Below are positions 15,369 to 30,969 of a stretch of DNA of 64,000 nt, piece after piece; positions within the stretch are counted from its first letter, which is position 1; each line of letters starts with the position of its first letter. Below the pieces are notes generated by a model. The model saw only the letters and a program-made list of their open reading frames with translations, was not told the origin of the DNA and made no database searches. Source of the DNA: Paragordius varius (lineage: Eukaryota > Animalia > Nematomorpha); NCBI GenBank assembly GCA_964247055.1, contig OZ176059.1, forward strand, positions 3,641,730 to 3,705,729, read 5' to 3'. Both the position numbers and the translations under genes were made by a program.

Positions 15369-15835
15369 TTTTAGTTGTAAAATTATATTCAAAATCCTGC
15401 ATATAGACTCAACAATCAAATAAGATTCATTAACCAAATTAAAACGTATTTATTCATTGTGTTAAACATTGCATTATTTGCGGTTGATTGTTGAATCCAA
15501 AAATACTTTTAAGATGGATTCTAAAATAAAAATAATAAATAATGCGACAAGCAAGTATCAATTTAGGATGAATACGTATTGAAGTTAAAATAAAAGACCA
15601 ATGTTTTAGTTGTAATATTATATTCAAAATCCTGCATATAGACTCAACAATCAAATAAGATTCATTAACCAAATTAAAACGTATTTATTCATTGTGTTAA
15701 ACATTGTATTATTTGCGGTCGATTGTTGAATCCAAAAATACTTTTAAGATGGATTCTAAAATAAAAATAATCAATAATGCGACAAGCAAGTATCAATTTA
15801 AGATGAATACGTGTTTAAGCTCAAAAAAAGACCAA
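15369..15835. repeat. 235-bp divergent monomer cassette 1 (2 units)
   Basis: Unit TTTAGTTGTAAAATTATATTCAAAATCCTGCATATAGACTC...GACCAATGT. The 235-bp period is seen in ORF starts 17874/18109 and 32751/32986. Confidence 0.92.
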
Positions 15836-17788
15836 TTTAACCTATGAGATTAATTTTAAATCTTTCAGATAGACTCTACAAATCGAAAAAGAATTGGTTA
15901 CGTGCATTATTTAAGGTTGATTGTTGAATTAAAATCATTATAACAATTCAATAATGTTAAGAGCAAGTATCATTTTAAGACAAATACGTATTTAAGCTCA
16001 AATAAAAGACCAATTTTACCTATAAGATTAATTTTAAATCTTTCACATAGACTCTACAAATCAAAAATGAATCAGTTACGTGCATTATTTAAAGTTAATT
16101 GTTGAATCATAAAATAGAATTATATAATATAAGAAATCAATAATGTTAAGCGCAAGTATCATTTTAAGAAAATACGTATTTAAGCCTAAATAAAAGACCA
16201 TTGTTTTTACCTATAAGATTATTTTTAAAATCCCGCACATAGACTTTACAAATCAAAAAAGAATCAGTTACGTGCATTATTCAAGGTTGATTGTTAAAAT
16301 AGAATTCTATAATATAAGAAATGAATAATGTGAAGCGCAAGTATCATTTTAAAATGACAAATACATATTTAAGCTTAAATAAAAGACCATTGTTTTTACC
16401 TGTAAGATTATTTTTAAATCCTTCACATAGACTCAACAAATCAAAAAAGAATCAGTTACGTGCATTATTCAAGGTTGATTGTTAAAATAGAATTCTATAA
16501 TATAAGAAATGAATAATGTGAAGCGCAAGTATCATTTTAAAATGACAAATACATATTTAAGCTTAAATAAAAGACCAATGTTTTTACCTGTAAGATTATT
16601 TTTAAATCCTTCACATAGACTCAACAAATCAAAAAAGAATCTGTTACGTGCATTATTTAAGGTTGATTCTTAAAATAGAATTCTATAATATAAGAAATGA
16701 ATAATGTGAAGCGCAAGTATCATTTTAAAATGACAAATACGTATTTAAGCTCAAATAAAAGACCAATTTTACCTATAAGATTAATTTTAAATCTTTCACA
16801 TAGACTCTACAAATCAAAAAAGAGTTGGTTACGTGCATTATTTAAGGTTGATTGTTGAATCAAAATCATTATGAATATGAATTCTATACAACAATTCAAT
16901 AATGTTAAGAGCAAGTATCATTTTAAGACAAATACGTATTTAAGCTCAAATAAAAGACCAATTTTACCTATAAGATTAATTTTAAATCTTTCACATAGAC
17001 TCTACAAATCAAAAAAGAGTTGGTTACGTGCATTATTTAAGGTTGATTTTTGAATCAAAATCATTATGAATATGAATTCTATACAACAATTCAATAATGT
17101 TAAGAGCAAGTATCATTTTAAGACAAATACGTATTTAAGCTCAAATAAAAGACCAATTTTACCTATAAGATTAATTTTAAATCTTTCACATAGCTACAAA
17201 TTAAAAATGAATTGGTTACGTGCATTATTTAAGGTTGATTGTTGAATCAAAATCATTATGAATATGAATTCTATACAACAATTCAATAATGTTAAGAGCA
17301 AGTATCATTTTAAGAAAATACGTATTTAAGCCTAAATAAAAGACCATTGTTTTTACCTTAAAATCCCGCACATAGACTTTACAAATCAAAAAAGAATCAG
17401 TTACGTGCATTATTCAAGGTTGATTGTTAAAATAGAATTCTATAATATAAGAAATGAATAATGTGAAGCGCAAGTATCATTTTAAAATGACAAATACGTA
17501 TTTAAGCTTAAATAAAAGACCAATGTTTTTACCTGTAAGATTATTTTTAAATCCTTCACATAGACTCAACAAATCAAAAAAGAATCAGTTACGTGCATTA
17601 TTCAAGGTTGATTCTTAAAATAGAATTCTATAATATAAGAAATGAATAATGTGAAGCGCAAGTATCATTTTAAAATGACAAATACGTATTTAAGCTCAAA
17701 AAGAAGACCAATTTTACCTATAAGATTAATTTTAAATCTTTCACATAGACTCTACAAATCAAAAAAGAGTTGGTTACGTGCATTATTT

Positions 17789-18492
17789 TTTTAGTTGTAA
17801 AATTATATTCAAAATCCTGCATATAGACTCAACAATCAAATAAGATTCATTAACCAAATTAAAACGTATTTATTCATTGTGTTAAACATTGCATTATTTG
17901 CGGTTGATTGTTGAATCCAAAAATTCTTTTAAGATGGATTCTAAAATAAAAATAATCAATAATGCGACAAGCAAGTATCAATTTAGGATGAATACGTATT
18001 GAAGTTAAAATAAAAGACCAATGTTTTAGTTGTAAAATTATATTCAAAATCCTGCATATAGACTCAACAATCAAATAAGATTCATTAACCAAATTAAAAC
18101 GTATTTATTCATTGTGTTAAACATTGCATTATTTGCGGTCGATTGTTGAATCCAAAAATACTTTTAAGATGGATTCTAAAATAAAAATAATAAATAATGC
18201 GACAAGCAAGTATCAATTTAGGATGAATACGTATTGAAGTTAAAATAAAAGACCAATGTTTTAGTTGTAAAATTATATTCAAAATCCTGCATATAGACTC
18301 AACAATCAAATAAGATTCATTAACCAAATTAAAACGTATTTATTCATTGTGTTAAACATTGCATTATTTGCGGTCGATTGTTGAATCCAAAAATACTTTT
18401 AAGATGGATTCTAAAATAAAAATAATCAATAATGCGACAAGCAAGTATCAATTTAAGATGAATACGTGTTTAAGCTCAAAAAAAGACCAATT
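17789..18492. repeat. 235-bp divergent monomer cassette 2 (3 units)
   Basis: Three tandem copies of the 235-bp unit, with the same entry and exit junctions as cassette 1. Confidence 0.92.
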
Positions 18493-19140
18493 TAACCTAT
18501 GAGATTAATTTTAAATCTTTCAGATAGACTCTACAAATCGAAAAAGAATTGGTTACGTGCATTATTTAAGGTTGATTGTTGAATTAAAATCATTATAACA
18601 ATTCAATAATGTTAAGAGCAAGTATCATTTTAAGACAAATACGTATTTAAGCTCAAATAAAAGACCAATTTTACCTATAAGATTAATTTTAAATCTTTCA
18701 CATAGACTCTACAAATCAAAAATGAATCAGTTACGTGCATTATTTAAAGTTAATTGTTGAATCATAAAATAGAATTATATAATATAAGAAATCAATAATG
18801 TTAAGCGCAAGTATCATTTTAAGAAAATACGTATTTAAGCCTAAATAAAAGACCATTGTTTTTACCTATAAGATTATTTTTAAAATCCCGCCCATAGACT
18901 TTAAAAATCAAAAAAGAATCAGTTACGTGCATTATTCAAGGTTGATTCTTAAAATAGAATTCTATAATATAAGAATAATGTGAAGCGCAAGTATCATTTT
19001 AAAATGACAAATACGTATTTAAGCTTAAATAAAAGACCAATGTTTATACCTGTAAGATTAATTTTAAATCTTTCACATAGACTCTACAAATCAAAAAAGA
19101 GTTGGTTACGTGCATTATTTAAAGTTAATTGTTGAATCAT

Positions 19141-21280
19141 AAAATACAATTCTATAATATAAGAAATCAATATTGTTAAGAGCAAGTATCATTTTAAGAC
19201 AAATACGTATTTAAGCTCAAATAAAAGACCAATTTTACCTATAAGATTAATTTTAAATCTTTCACATAGACTCTACAAATCAAAAAAGAATTGGTTACGT
19301 GCATTATTTAAGGTTGATTGTTGAATCAAAATCATTATGAATATGAATTCTATACAACAATTCAATAATGTTAAGAGCAAGTATCATTTTAAGACAAATA
19401 CGTATTTAAGCTCAAATAAAAGACCATTGTTTTTACCTATAAGATTATTTTTAAAATCCCGCACATAGACTTTACAAATCAAAAAAGAATCAGTTACGTG
19501 CATTATTTAAAGTTAATTGTTGAATCATAAAATAGAATTCTATAATGCAAGAAATCAATAATGTTAAGCGCAAGTATCATTTTAAGACAAATACGTATTT
19601 GAGCTCAAATAAAAGACCAATTTTACTTATAAGATTAATTTTAAATCTTTCACATAGACTCTACAAATCAAAAATGAATTGGTTACGTGCATTATTTAAG
19701 GTTGATTGTTGAATCAAATTCATTATGAATATGAATTCTATACAACAATTCAATAATGCTAAGAGCAAGTATAATTTTAAGACAAATACGTATTTAAGCC
19801 TAAATAAAAGACCAATGCTTTTACCTATAAGATTGCATTTTAAAATCCCGCCCATAGACTTTAAAAATCAAAAAAGAATCAGTTACGTGCATTATTTAAA
19901 GTTAATTGTTGAATCATAAAATACAATTCTATAATATAAGAAATCAATATTGTTAAGAGCAAGTATCATTTTAAGACAAATACGTATTTAAGCTCAAATA
20001 AAAGACCAATTTTACCTATAAGATTAATTTTAAATCTTTCACATAGACTCTACAAATCAAAAAAGAATTGGTTACGTGCATTATTTAAGGTTGATTGTTG
20101 AATCAAAATCATTATGAATATGAATTCTATACAACAATTCAATAATGTTAAGAGCAAGTATCATTTTAAGACAAATACGTATTTAAGCTCAAATAAAAGA
20201 CCATTGTTTTTACCTATAAGATTATTTTTAAAATCCCGCACATAGACTTTACAAATCAAAAAAGAATCAGTTACGTGCATTATTTAAAGTTAATTGTTGA
20301 ATCATAAAATAGAATTCTATAATGCAAGAAATCAATAATGTTAAGCGCAAGTATCATTTTAAGACAAATACGTATTTGAGCTCAAATAAAAGACCAATTT
20401 TACTTATAAGATTAATTTTAAATCTTTCACATAGACTCTACAAATCAAAAATGAATTGGTTACGTGCATTATTTAAGGTTGATTGTTGAATCAAATTCAT
20501 TATGAATATGAATTCTATACAACAATTCAATAATGCTAAGAGCAAGTATAATTTTAAGACAAATACGTATTTAAGCCTAAATAAAAGACCAATGCTTTTA
20601 CCTATAAGATTGCATTTTAAAATCCCGCCCATAGACTTTAAAAATCAAAAAAGAATCAGTTACGTGCATTATTTAAAGTTAATTGTTGAATCATAAAATA
20701 CAATTCTATAATATAAGAAATCAATATTGTTAAGAGCAAGTATCATTTTAAGACAAATACGTATTTAAGCTCAAATAAAAGACCAATTTTACCTATAAGA
20801 TTAATTTTAAATCTTTCACATAGACTCTACAAATCAAAAAAGAATTGGTTACGTGCATTATTTAAGGTTGATTGTTGAATCAAAATCATTATGAATATGA
20901 ATTCTATACAACAATTCAATAATGTTAAGAGCAAGTATCATTTTAAGACAAATACGTATTTAAGCTCAAATAAAAGACCATTGTTTTTACCTATAAGATT
21001 ATTTTTAAAATCCCGCACATAGACTTTACAAATCAAAAAAGAATCAGTTACGTGCATTATTTAAAGTTAATTGTTGAATCATAAAATAGAATTCTATAAT
21101 GCAAGAAATCAATAATGTTAAGCGCAAGTATCATTTTAAGACAAATACGTATTTGAGCTCAAATAAAAGACCAATTTTACTTATAAGATTAATTTTAAAT
21201 CTTTCACATAGACTCTACAAATCAAAAATGAATTGGTTACGTGCATTATTTAAGGTTGATTGTTGAATCAAAATCATTAT
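19141..21280. repeat. 777-bp (4-monomer) higher-order repeat, ~2.8 copies
   Basis: AAAATACAATTCT marker at 19141, 19918 and 20695. ORFs at 19725/20502 and 19661/20438 are 777 bp apart. Confidence 0.88.
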
Positions 21281-23495
21281 GAATATGAATTCTATACAAC
21301 AATTCAATAATGTTAAGAGCAAGTATCATTTTAAGACAAATACGTATTTAAGCTCAAATAAAAGACCAATTTTACCTATAAGATTAATTTTAAATCTTTC
21401 ACATAGACTCTACAAATCAAAAATGAATTGGTTACGTGCATTATTTAAGGTTGATTGTTGAATCAAAATCATTATGAATATGAATTCTATACAACAATTC
21501 AATAATGTTAAGAGCAAGTATCATTTTAAGACAAATACGTATTTAAGCTCAAATAAAAGACCAATTTAACCTATGAGATTAATTTTAAATCTTTCACATA
21601 GACTCTACAAATCAAAAATGAATCAGTTACGTGCATTATTTAAAGTTAATTGTTGAATCATAAAATAGAATTATATAATATAAGAAATCAATAATGTTAA
21701 GCGCAAGTATCATTTTAAGACAAATACGTATTTAAGCTCAAATAAAAGACCAATTTTACCTATTTTAAATCTTTCACATAGACTCTACAAATCAAAAAAG
21801 AATTGGTTACGTGCATTATTTAAGGTTGATTGTTGAACAAAATCATTATGAATATGAATTCTATACAACAATTCAATAATGTTAAGAGCAAGTATCATTT
21901 TAAGAAAATACGTATTTAAGCCTAAATAAAAGACCATTGTTTTTACCTATAAGATTATTTTTAAAATCCCGCACATAGACTTTACAAATCAAAAAAGAAT
22001 CAGTTACGTGCATTATTCAAGGTTGATTGTTAAAATAGAATTCTATAATATAAGAAATGAATAATGTGAAGCGCAAGTATCATTTTAAAATGACAAATAC
22101 ATATTTAAGATCAAATAAAAGACCAAATTTACCTACAAGATTAATTTTCAATCTTTCACATAGACTCTACAAATCAAAAAAGAATTCGTTACGTGTATTA
22201 TTTAAAGTTAATTGTTGAATCATAAAATAGAATTATATAATATAAAAAATCAATAATGTTAAGCGCAAGTATCATTTTAAGACAAATACGTATTTACAAA
22301 TAGAAGATTAATATTTTTGCCTATAAGATTATTTTTAAATCCTTCACATAGACTCAACAAATCAAAAAAGAATTGGTTACGTGCATTATTTAAGGTTGAT
22401 TCTTAAAATAGAATTCTATAATATAAGAAATGAATAATGTGAAGCGCAAGTATCATTTTAAAATGACAAATACATATTTAAGCTTAAATAAAAGACCAAT
22501 GTTTTTACCTGTAAGATTATTTTTAAATCCTTCACATAGACTCAACAAATCAAAAAAGAATCTGTTACGTGCATTATTTAAGGTTGATTCTTAAAATAGA
22601 ATTCTATAATATAAGAAATGAATAATGTGAAGCGCAAGTATCATTTTAAAATGACAAATACGTATTTAAGCTCAAAAAGAAGACCAATTTTACCTATAAG
22701 ATTAATTTTAAATCTTTCATATAGCTACAAATTAAAAATGAATTGGTTACGTGCATTATTTAAGGTTGATTGTTGAATCAAAATCATTATGAATATGAAT
22801 TCTATACAACAATTCAATAATGTTAAGAGCAAGTATCATTTTAAGAAAATACGTATTTAAGCCTAAATAAAAGACCATTGTTTTTACCTTAAAATCCCGC
22901 ACATAGACTTTACAAATCAAAAAAGAATCAGTTACGTGCATTATTCAAGGTTGATTGTTAAAATAGAATTCTATAATATAAGAAATGAATAATGTGAAGC
23001 GCAAGTATCATTTTAAAATGACAAATACGTATTTAAGCTTAAATAAAAGACCATTGTTTTTACCTTAAAATCCCGCACATAGACTTTACAAATCAAAAAA
23101 GAATCAGTTACGTGCATTATTCAAGGTTGATTGTTAAAATAGAATTCTATAATATAAGAAATGAATAATGTGAAGCGCAAGTATCATTTTAAAATGACAA
23201 ATACATATTTAAGCTTAAATAAAAGACCAATGTTTTTACCTGTAAGATTATTTTTAAATCCTTCACATAGACTCAACAAATCAAAGAAGAATCAGATACG
23301 TGCATTATTTAAGGTTGATTCTTAAAATAGAATTCTATAATATAAGAAATGAATAATGTGAAGCGCAAGTATCATTTTAAAATGACAAATACGTATTTAA
23401 GCTCAAAAAGAAGACCAATTTTACCTATAAGATTAATTTTAAATCTTTCACATAGACTCTACAAATCAAAAAAGAGTTGGTTACGTGCATTATTT

Positions 23496-23963
23496 TTTTA
23501 GTTGTAAAATTATATTCAAAATCCTGCATATAGACTCAACAATCAAATAAGATTCATTAACCAAATTAAAACGTATTTATTCATTGTGTTAAACATTGCA
23601 TTATTTGCGGTTGATTGTTGAATCCAAAAATACTTTTAAGATGGATTCTAAAATAAAAATAATAAATAATGCGACAAGCAAGTATCAATTTAGGATGAAT
23701 ACGTATTGAAGTTAAAATAAAAGACCAATGTTTTAGTTGTAAAATTATATTCAAAATCCTGCATATAGACTCAACAATCAAATAAGATTCATTAACCAAA
23801 TTAAAACGTATTTATTCATTGTGTTAAACATTGCATTATTTGCGGTCGATTGTTGAATCCAAAAATACTTTTAAGATGGATTCTAAAATAAAAATAATCA
23901 ATAATGCGACAAGCAAGTATCAATTTAAGATGAATACGTGTTTAAGCTCAAAAAAAGACCAAT
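23496..23963. repeat. 235-bp divergent monomer cassette 3 (2 units)
   Basis: Same unit and junctions as cassette 1. Confidence 0.92.
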
Positions 23964-26275
23964 TTAACCTATGAGATTAATTTTAAATCTTTCAGATAGA
24001 CTCTACAAATCGAAAAAGAATTGGTTACGTGCATTATTTAAGGTTGATTGTTGAATTAAAATCATTATAACAATTCAATAATGTTAAGAGCAAGTATCAT
24101 TTTAAGACAAATACGTAATTAAGCTCAAATAAAAGACCAATTTTACCTATAAGATTAATTTTAAATCTTTCACATAGACTCTACAAATCAAAAATGAATC
24201 AGTTACGTGCATTATTTAAAGTTAATTGTTGAATCATAAAATAGAATTATATAATATAAGAAATCAATAATGTTAAGCGCAAGTATCATTTTAAGAAAAT
24301 ACGTATTTAAGCCTAAATAAAAGACCATTGTTTTTACCTATAAGATTATTTTTAAAATCCCGCACATAGACTTTACAAATCAAAAAAGAATCAGTTACGT
24401 GCATTATTCAAGGTTGATTGTTAAAATAGAATTCTATAATATAAGAAATGAATAATGTGAAGCGCAAGTATCATTTTAAAATGACAAATACATATTTAAG
24501 ATCAAATAAAAGACCAAATTTACCTACAAGATTAATTTTCAATCTTTCACATAGACTCTACAAATCAAAAAAGAATTCGTTACGTGTATTATTTAAAGTT
24601 AATTGTTGAATCATAAAATAGAATTATATAATATAAAAAATTAATAATGTTAAGCGCAAGTATCATTTTAAGACAAATACGTATTTACAAATAGAAGATT
24701 AATATTTTTGCCTATAAGATTATTTTTAAATCCTTCACATAGACTCAACAAATCAAAAAAGAATTGGTTACGTGCATTATTTAAGGTTGATTCTTAAAAT
24801 AGAATTCTATAATATAAGAAATGAATAATGTGAAGCGCAAGTATCATTTTAAAATGACAAATACATATTTAAGCTTAAATAAAAGACCAATGTTTTATTT
24901 TTAAATCCTTCACATAGACTCAACAAATCAAAAAAGAATCTGTTAAGTGCATTATTTAAGGTTGATTCTTAAAATAGAATTCTATAATATAAGAAATGAA
25001 TAATGTGAAGCGCAAGTATCATTTTAAAATGAAAAATACGTATTTAAGCTCAAATAAAAGACCAATTTTACCTATAAGATTAATTTTAAATCTTTCACAT
25101 AGACTCTACAAATCAAAAAAGAGTTGGTTACGTGCATTATTTAAGGTTGATTGTTGAATCAAAATCATTATGAATATGAATTCTATACAACAATTCAATA
25201 ATGTTAAGAGCAAGTATCATTTTAAGACAAATACGTATTTAAGCTCAAATAAAAGACCAATTTTACCTATAAGATTAATTTTAAATCTTTCACATAGACT
25301 CTACAAATCAAAAAAGAGTTGGTTACGTGCATTATTTAAGGTTGATTTTTGAATCAAAATCATTATGAATATGAATTCTATACAACAATTCAATAATGTT
25401 AAGAGCAAGTATCATTTTAAGACAAATACGTATTTAAGCTCAAATAAAAGACCAATTTTACCTATAAGATTAATTTTAAATCTTTCACATAGCTACAAAT
25501 TAAAAATGAATTGGTTACGTGCATTATTTAAGGTTGATTGTTGAATCAAAATCATTATGAATATGAATTCTATACAACAATTCAATAATGTTAAGAGCAA
25601 GTATCATTTTAAGAAAATACGTATTTAAGCCTAAATAAAAGACCATTGTTTTTACCTTAAAATCCCGCACATAGACTTTACAAATCAAAAAAGAATCAGT
25701 TACGTGCATTATTCAAGGTTGATTGTTAAAATAGAATTCTATAATATAAGAAATGAATAATGTGAAGCGCAAGTATCATTTTAAAATGACAAATACATAT
25801 TTAAGCTTAAATAAAAGACCAATGTTTTTACCTGTAACATTATTTTTAAATCCTTCACATAGACTCAACAAATCAAAAAAGAATCAGTTACGTGCATTAT
25901 TCAAGGTTGATTGTTAAAATAGAATTCTATAATATAAGAAATGAATAATGTGAAGCGCAAGTATCATTTTAAAATGACAAATACATATTTAAGCTTAAAT
26001 AAAAGACCAATGTTTTTACCTGTAACATTATTTTTAAATCCTTCACATAGACTCAACAAATCAAAAAAGAATCAGTTACGTGCATTATTTAAGGTTGATT
26101 CTTAAAATAGAATTCTATAATATAAGAAATGAATAATGTGAAGCGCAAGTATCATTTTAAAATGACAAATACGTATTTAAGCTCAAAAAGAAGACCAATT
26201 TTACCTATAAGATTAATTTTAAATCTTTCACATAGACTCTACAAATCAAAAAAGAGTTGGTTACGTGCATTATTT

Positions 26276-26743
26276 TTTTAGTTGTAAAATTATATTCAAA
26301 ATCCTGCATATAGACTCAACAATCAAATAAGATTCATTAACCAAATTAAAACGTATTTATTCATTGTGTTAAACATTGCATTATTTGCGGTTGATTGTTG
26401 AATCCAAAAATACTTTTAAGATGGATTCTAAAATAAAAATAATAAATAATGCGACAAGCAAGTATCAATTTAGGATGAATACGTATTGAAGTTAAAATAA
26501 AAGACCAATGTTTTAGTTGTAAAATTATATTCAAAATCCTGCATATAGACTCAACAATCAAATAAGATTCATTAACCAAATTAAAACGTATTTATTCATT
26601 GTGTTAAACATTGCATTATTTGCGGTCGATTGTTGAATCCAAAAATACTTTTAAGATGGATTCTAAAATAAAAATAATCAATAATGCGACAAGCAAGTAT
26701 CAATTTAAGATGAATACGTGTTTAAGCTCAAAAAAAGACCAAT
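26276..26743. repeat. 235-bp divergent monomer cassette 4 (2 units)
   Basis: Same unit and junctions as cassette 1. Confidence 0.92.
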
Positions 26744-29700
26744 TTAACCTATGAGATTAATTTTAAATCTTTCAGATAGACTCTACAAATCGAAAAAGAA
26801 TTGGTTACGTGCATTATTTAAGGTTGATTGTTGAATTAAAATCATTATAACAATTCAATAATGTTAAGAGCAAGTATCATTTTAAGACAAATACGTTAAG
26901 CTCAAATAAAAGACCAATTTTACCTATAAGATTAATTTTAAATCTTTCACATAGACTCTACAAATCAAAAATGAATTGGTTACGTGCATTATTTAAGGTT
27001 GATTGTTGAATCAAAATCATTATGAATATGAATTCTATACAACAATTCAATAATGTTAAGAGCAAGTATCATTTTAAGACAAATACGTATTCAAGCTCAA
27101 ATAAAAGACCAATTTAACCTATGAGATTAATTTTAAATCTTTCACATAGACTCTACAAATCAAAAATGAATCAGTTACGTGCATTATTTAAAGTTAATTG
27201 TTGAATCATAAAATAGAATTATATAATATAAGAAATCAATAATGTTAAGCGCAAGTATCGTTTTAAGACAAATACGTATTTAAGCTCAAATAAAAGACCA
27301 ATTTTACCTATTTTAAATCTTTCACATAGACTCTACAAATCAAAAAAGAATTGGTTACGTGCATTATTTAAGGTTGATTGTTGAACAAAATCATTATGAA
27401 TATGAATTCTATACAACAATTCAATAATGTTAAGAGCAAGTATCATTTTAAGACAAATACGTATTCAAGCTCAAATAAAAGACCAATTTTACCTATAAGA
27501 TTAATTTTAAATCTTTCACATAGACTCTACAAATCAAAAAAGAGTTGGTTACGTGCATTATTTAAGGTTGATTGTTGAATCAAAATCATTATGAATATGA
27601 ATTCTATACAACAATTCAATAATGTTAAGAGCAAGTATCATTTTAAGAAAATACGTATTTAAGCCTAAATATAAGACCATTGTTTTTACCTATAAGATTA
27701 TTTTTAAAATCCCGCACATAGACTTTACAAATCAAAAAAGAATCAGTTACGTGCATTATTCAAGGTTGATTGTTAAAATAGAATTCTATAATATAAGAAA
27801 TGAATAATGTGAAGCGCAAGTATCATTTTAAAATGACAAATACATATTTAAGATCAAATAAAAGACCAAATTTACCTACAAGATTAATTTTCAATCTTTC
27901 ACATAGACTCTACAAATCAAAAAAGAATTCGTTACGTGTATTATTTAAAGTTAATTGTTGAATCATAAAATAGAATTATATAATATAAAAAATTAATAAT
28001 GTTAAGCGCAAGTATCATTTTAAGACAAATACGTATTTACAAATAAAAGATTAATATTTTTGCCTATAAGATTATTTTTAAATCCTTCACATAGACTCAA
28101 CAAATCAAAAAAGAATTGGTTACGTGCATTATTTAAGGTTGATTCTTAAAATAGAATTCTATAATATAAGAAATGAATAATGTGAAGCGCAAGTATCATT
28201 TTAAAATGACAAATACATATTTAAGCTTAAATAAAAGACCAATGTTTTTACCTGTAAGATTATTTTTAAATCCTTCACATAGACTCAACAAATCAAAAAA
28301 GAATCTGTTACGTGCATTATTTAAGGTTGATTCTTAAAATAGAATTCTATAATATAAGAAATGAATAATGTGAAGCGCAAGTATCATTTTAAAATGAAAA
28401 ATACGTATTTAAGCTCAAATAAAAGACCAATTTTACCTATAAGATTAATTTTAAATCTTTCACATAGACTCTACAAATCAAAAAAGAGTTGGTTACGTGC
28501 ATTATTTAAGGTTGATTGTTGAATCAAAATCATTATGAATATGAATTCTATACAACAATTCAATAATGTTAAGCGCAAGTATCATTTTAAGAAAATACGT
28601 ATTTAAGCCTAAATAAAAGACCATTGTTTTTACCTATAAGATTATTTTTAAAATCCCGCACATAGACTCTACAAATCAAAAAAGAATTCGTTACGTGTAT
28701 TATTTAAAGTTAATTGTTGAATCATAAAATAGAATTATATAATATAAAAAATCAATAATGTTAAGCGCAAGTATCATTTTAAGACAAATACGTATTTACA
28801 AATAGAAGATTAATATTTTTGCCTATAAGATTATTTTTAAATCCTTCACATAGACTCAACAAATCAAAAAAGAATTGGTTACGTGCATTATTTAAGGTTG
28901 ATTCTTAAAATAGAATTCTATAATATAAGAAATGAATAATGTGAAGCGCAAGTATCATTTTAAAATGACAAATACATATTTAAGCTTAAATAAAAGACCA
29001 ATGTTTTATTTTTAAATCCTTCACATAGACTCAACAAATCAAAAAAGAATCTGTTACGTGCATTATTTAAGGTTGATTCTTAAAATAGAATTCTATAATA
29101 TAAGAAATGAATAATGTGAAGCGCAAGTATCATTTTAAAATGAAAAATACGTATTTAAGCTCAAATAAAAGACCAATTTTACCTATAAGATTAATTTTAA
29201 ATCTTTCACATAGACTCTACAAATCAAAAAAGAGTTGGTTACGTGCATTATTTAAGGTTGATTGTTGAATCAAAATCATTATGAATATGAATTCTATACA
29301 ACAATTCAATAATGTTAAGAGCAAGTATCATTTTAAGACAAATACGTATTTAAGCTCAAATAAAAGACCAATTTTACCTATAAGATTAATTTTAAATCTT
29401 TCACATAGACTCTACAAATCAAAAAAGAGTTGGTTACGTGCATTATTTAAGGTTGATTTTTGAATCAAAATCATTATGAATATGAATTCTATACAACAAT
29501 TCAATAATGTTAAGAGCAAGTATCATTTTAAGACAAATACGTATTTAAGCTCAAATAAAAGACCAATTTTACCTATAAGATTAATTTTAAATCTTTCACA
29601 TAGACTCTACAAATCAAAAAAGAATTGGTTACGTGCATTATTTAAGGTTGATTGTTGAATCAAAATCATTATGAATATGAATTCTATACAACAATTCAAT

Positions 29701-30969
29701 AATGTTAAGAGCAAGTATCATTTTAAGACAAATACGTATTTAAGCTCAAATAAAAGACCATTGTTTTTACCTATAAGATTATTTTTAAAATCCCAGCCAT
29801 AGACTTTACAAATCAAAAAAGAATCAGTTACGTGCATTATTTAAAGTTAATTGTTGAATCATAAAATAGAATTCTATAATGCAAGAAATCAATAATGTTA
29901 AGCGCAAGTATCATTTTAAGACAAATACGTATTTGAGCTCAAATAAAAGACCAATTTTACTTATAAGATTAATTTTAAATCTTTCACATAGACTCTACAA
30001 ATCAAAAATGAATTGGTTACGTGCATTATTTAAGGTTGATTGTTGAATCAAAATCATTATGAATATGAATTCTATACAACAATTCAATAATGTTAAGAGC
30101 AAGTATCATTTTAAGACAAATACGTATTTAAGCTCAAATAAAAGACCAATTTTACCTATAAGATTAATTTTAAATCTTTCACATAGCTACAAATTAAAAA
30201 TGAATTGGTTACGTGCATTATTTAAGGTTGATTGTTGAATCAAAATCATTATGAATATGAATTCTATACAACAATTCAATAATGTTAAGAGCAAGTATCA
30301 TTTTAAGAAAATACGTATTTAAGCCTAAATAAAAGACCATTGTTTTTACCTTAAAATCCCGCACATAGACTTTACAAATCAAAAAAGAATCAGTTACGTG
30401 CATTATTCAAGGTTGATTGTTAAAATAGAATTCTATAATATAAGAAATGAATAATGTGAAGCGCAAGTATCATTTTAAAATGACAAATACGTATTTAAGC
30501 TTAAATAAAAGACCAATGTTTTTACCTGTAAGATTATTTTTAAATCCTTCACATAGACTCAACAAATCAAAAAAGAATCAGTTACGTGCATTATTCAAGG
30601 TTGATTGTTAAAATAGAATTCTATAATATAAGAAATGAATAATGTGAAGCGCAAGTATCATTTTAAAATGACAAATACATATTTAAGCTTAAATAAAAGA
30701 CCAATGTTTTTACCTGTAAGATTATTTTTAAATCCTTCACATAGACTCAACAAATCAAAAAAGAATCAGTTACGTGCATTATTTAAGGTTGATTCTTAAA
30801 ATAGAATTCTATAATATAAGAAATGAATAATGTGAAGCGCAAGTATCATTTTAAAATGACAAATACGTATTTAAGCTCAAAAAGAAGACCAATTTTACCT
30901 ATAAGATTAATTTTAAATCTTTCACATAGACTCTACAAATCAAAAAAGAGTTGGTTACGTGCATTATTT

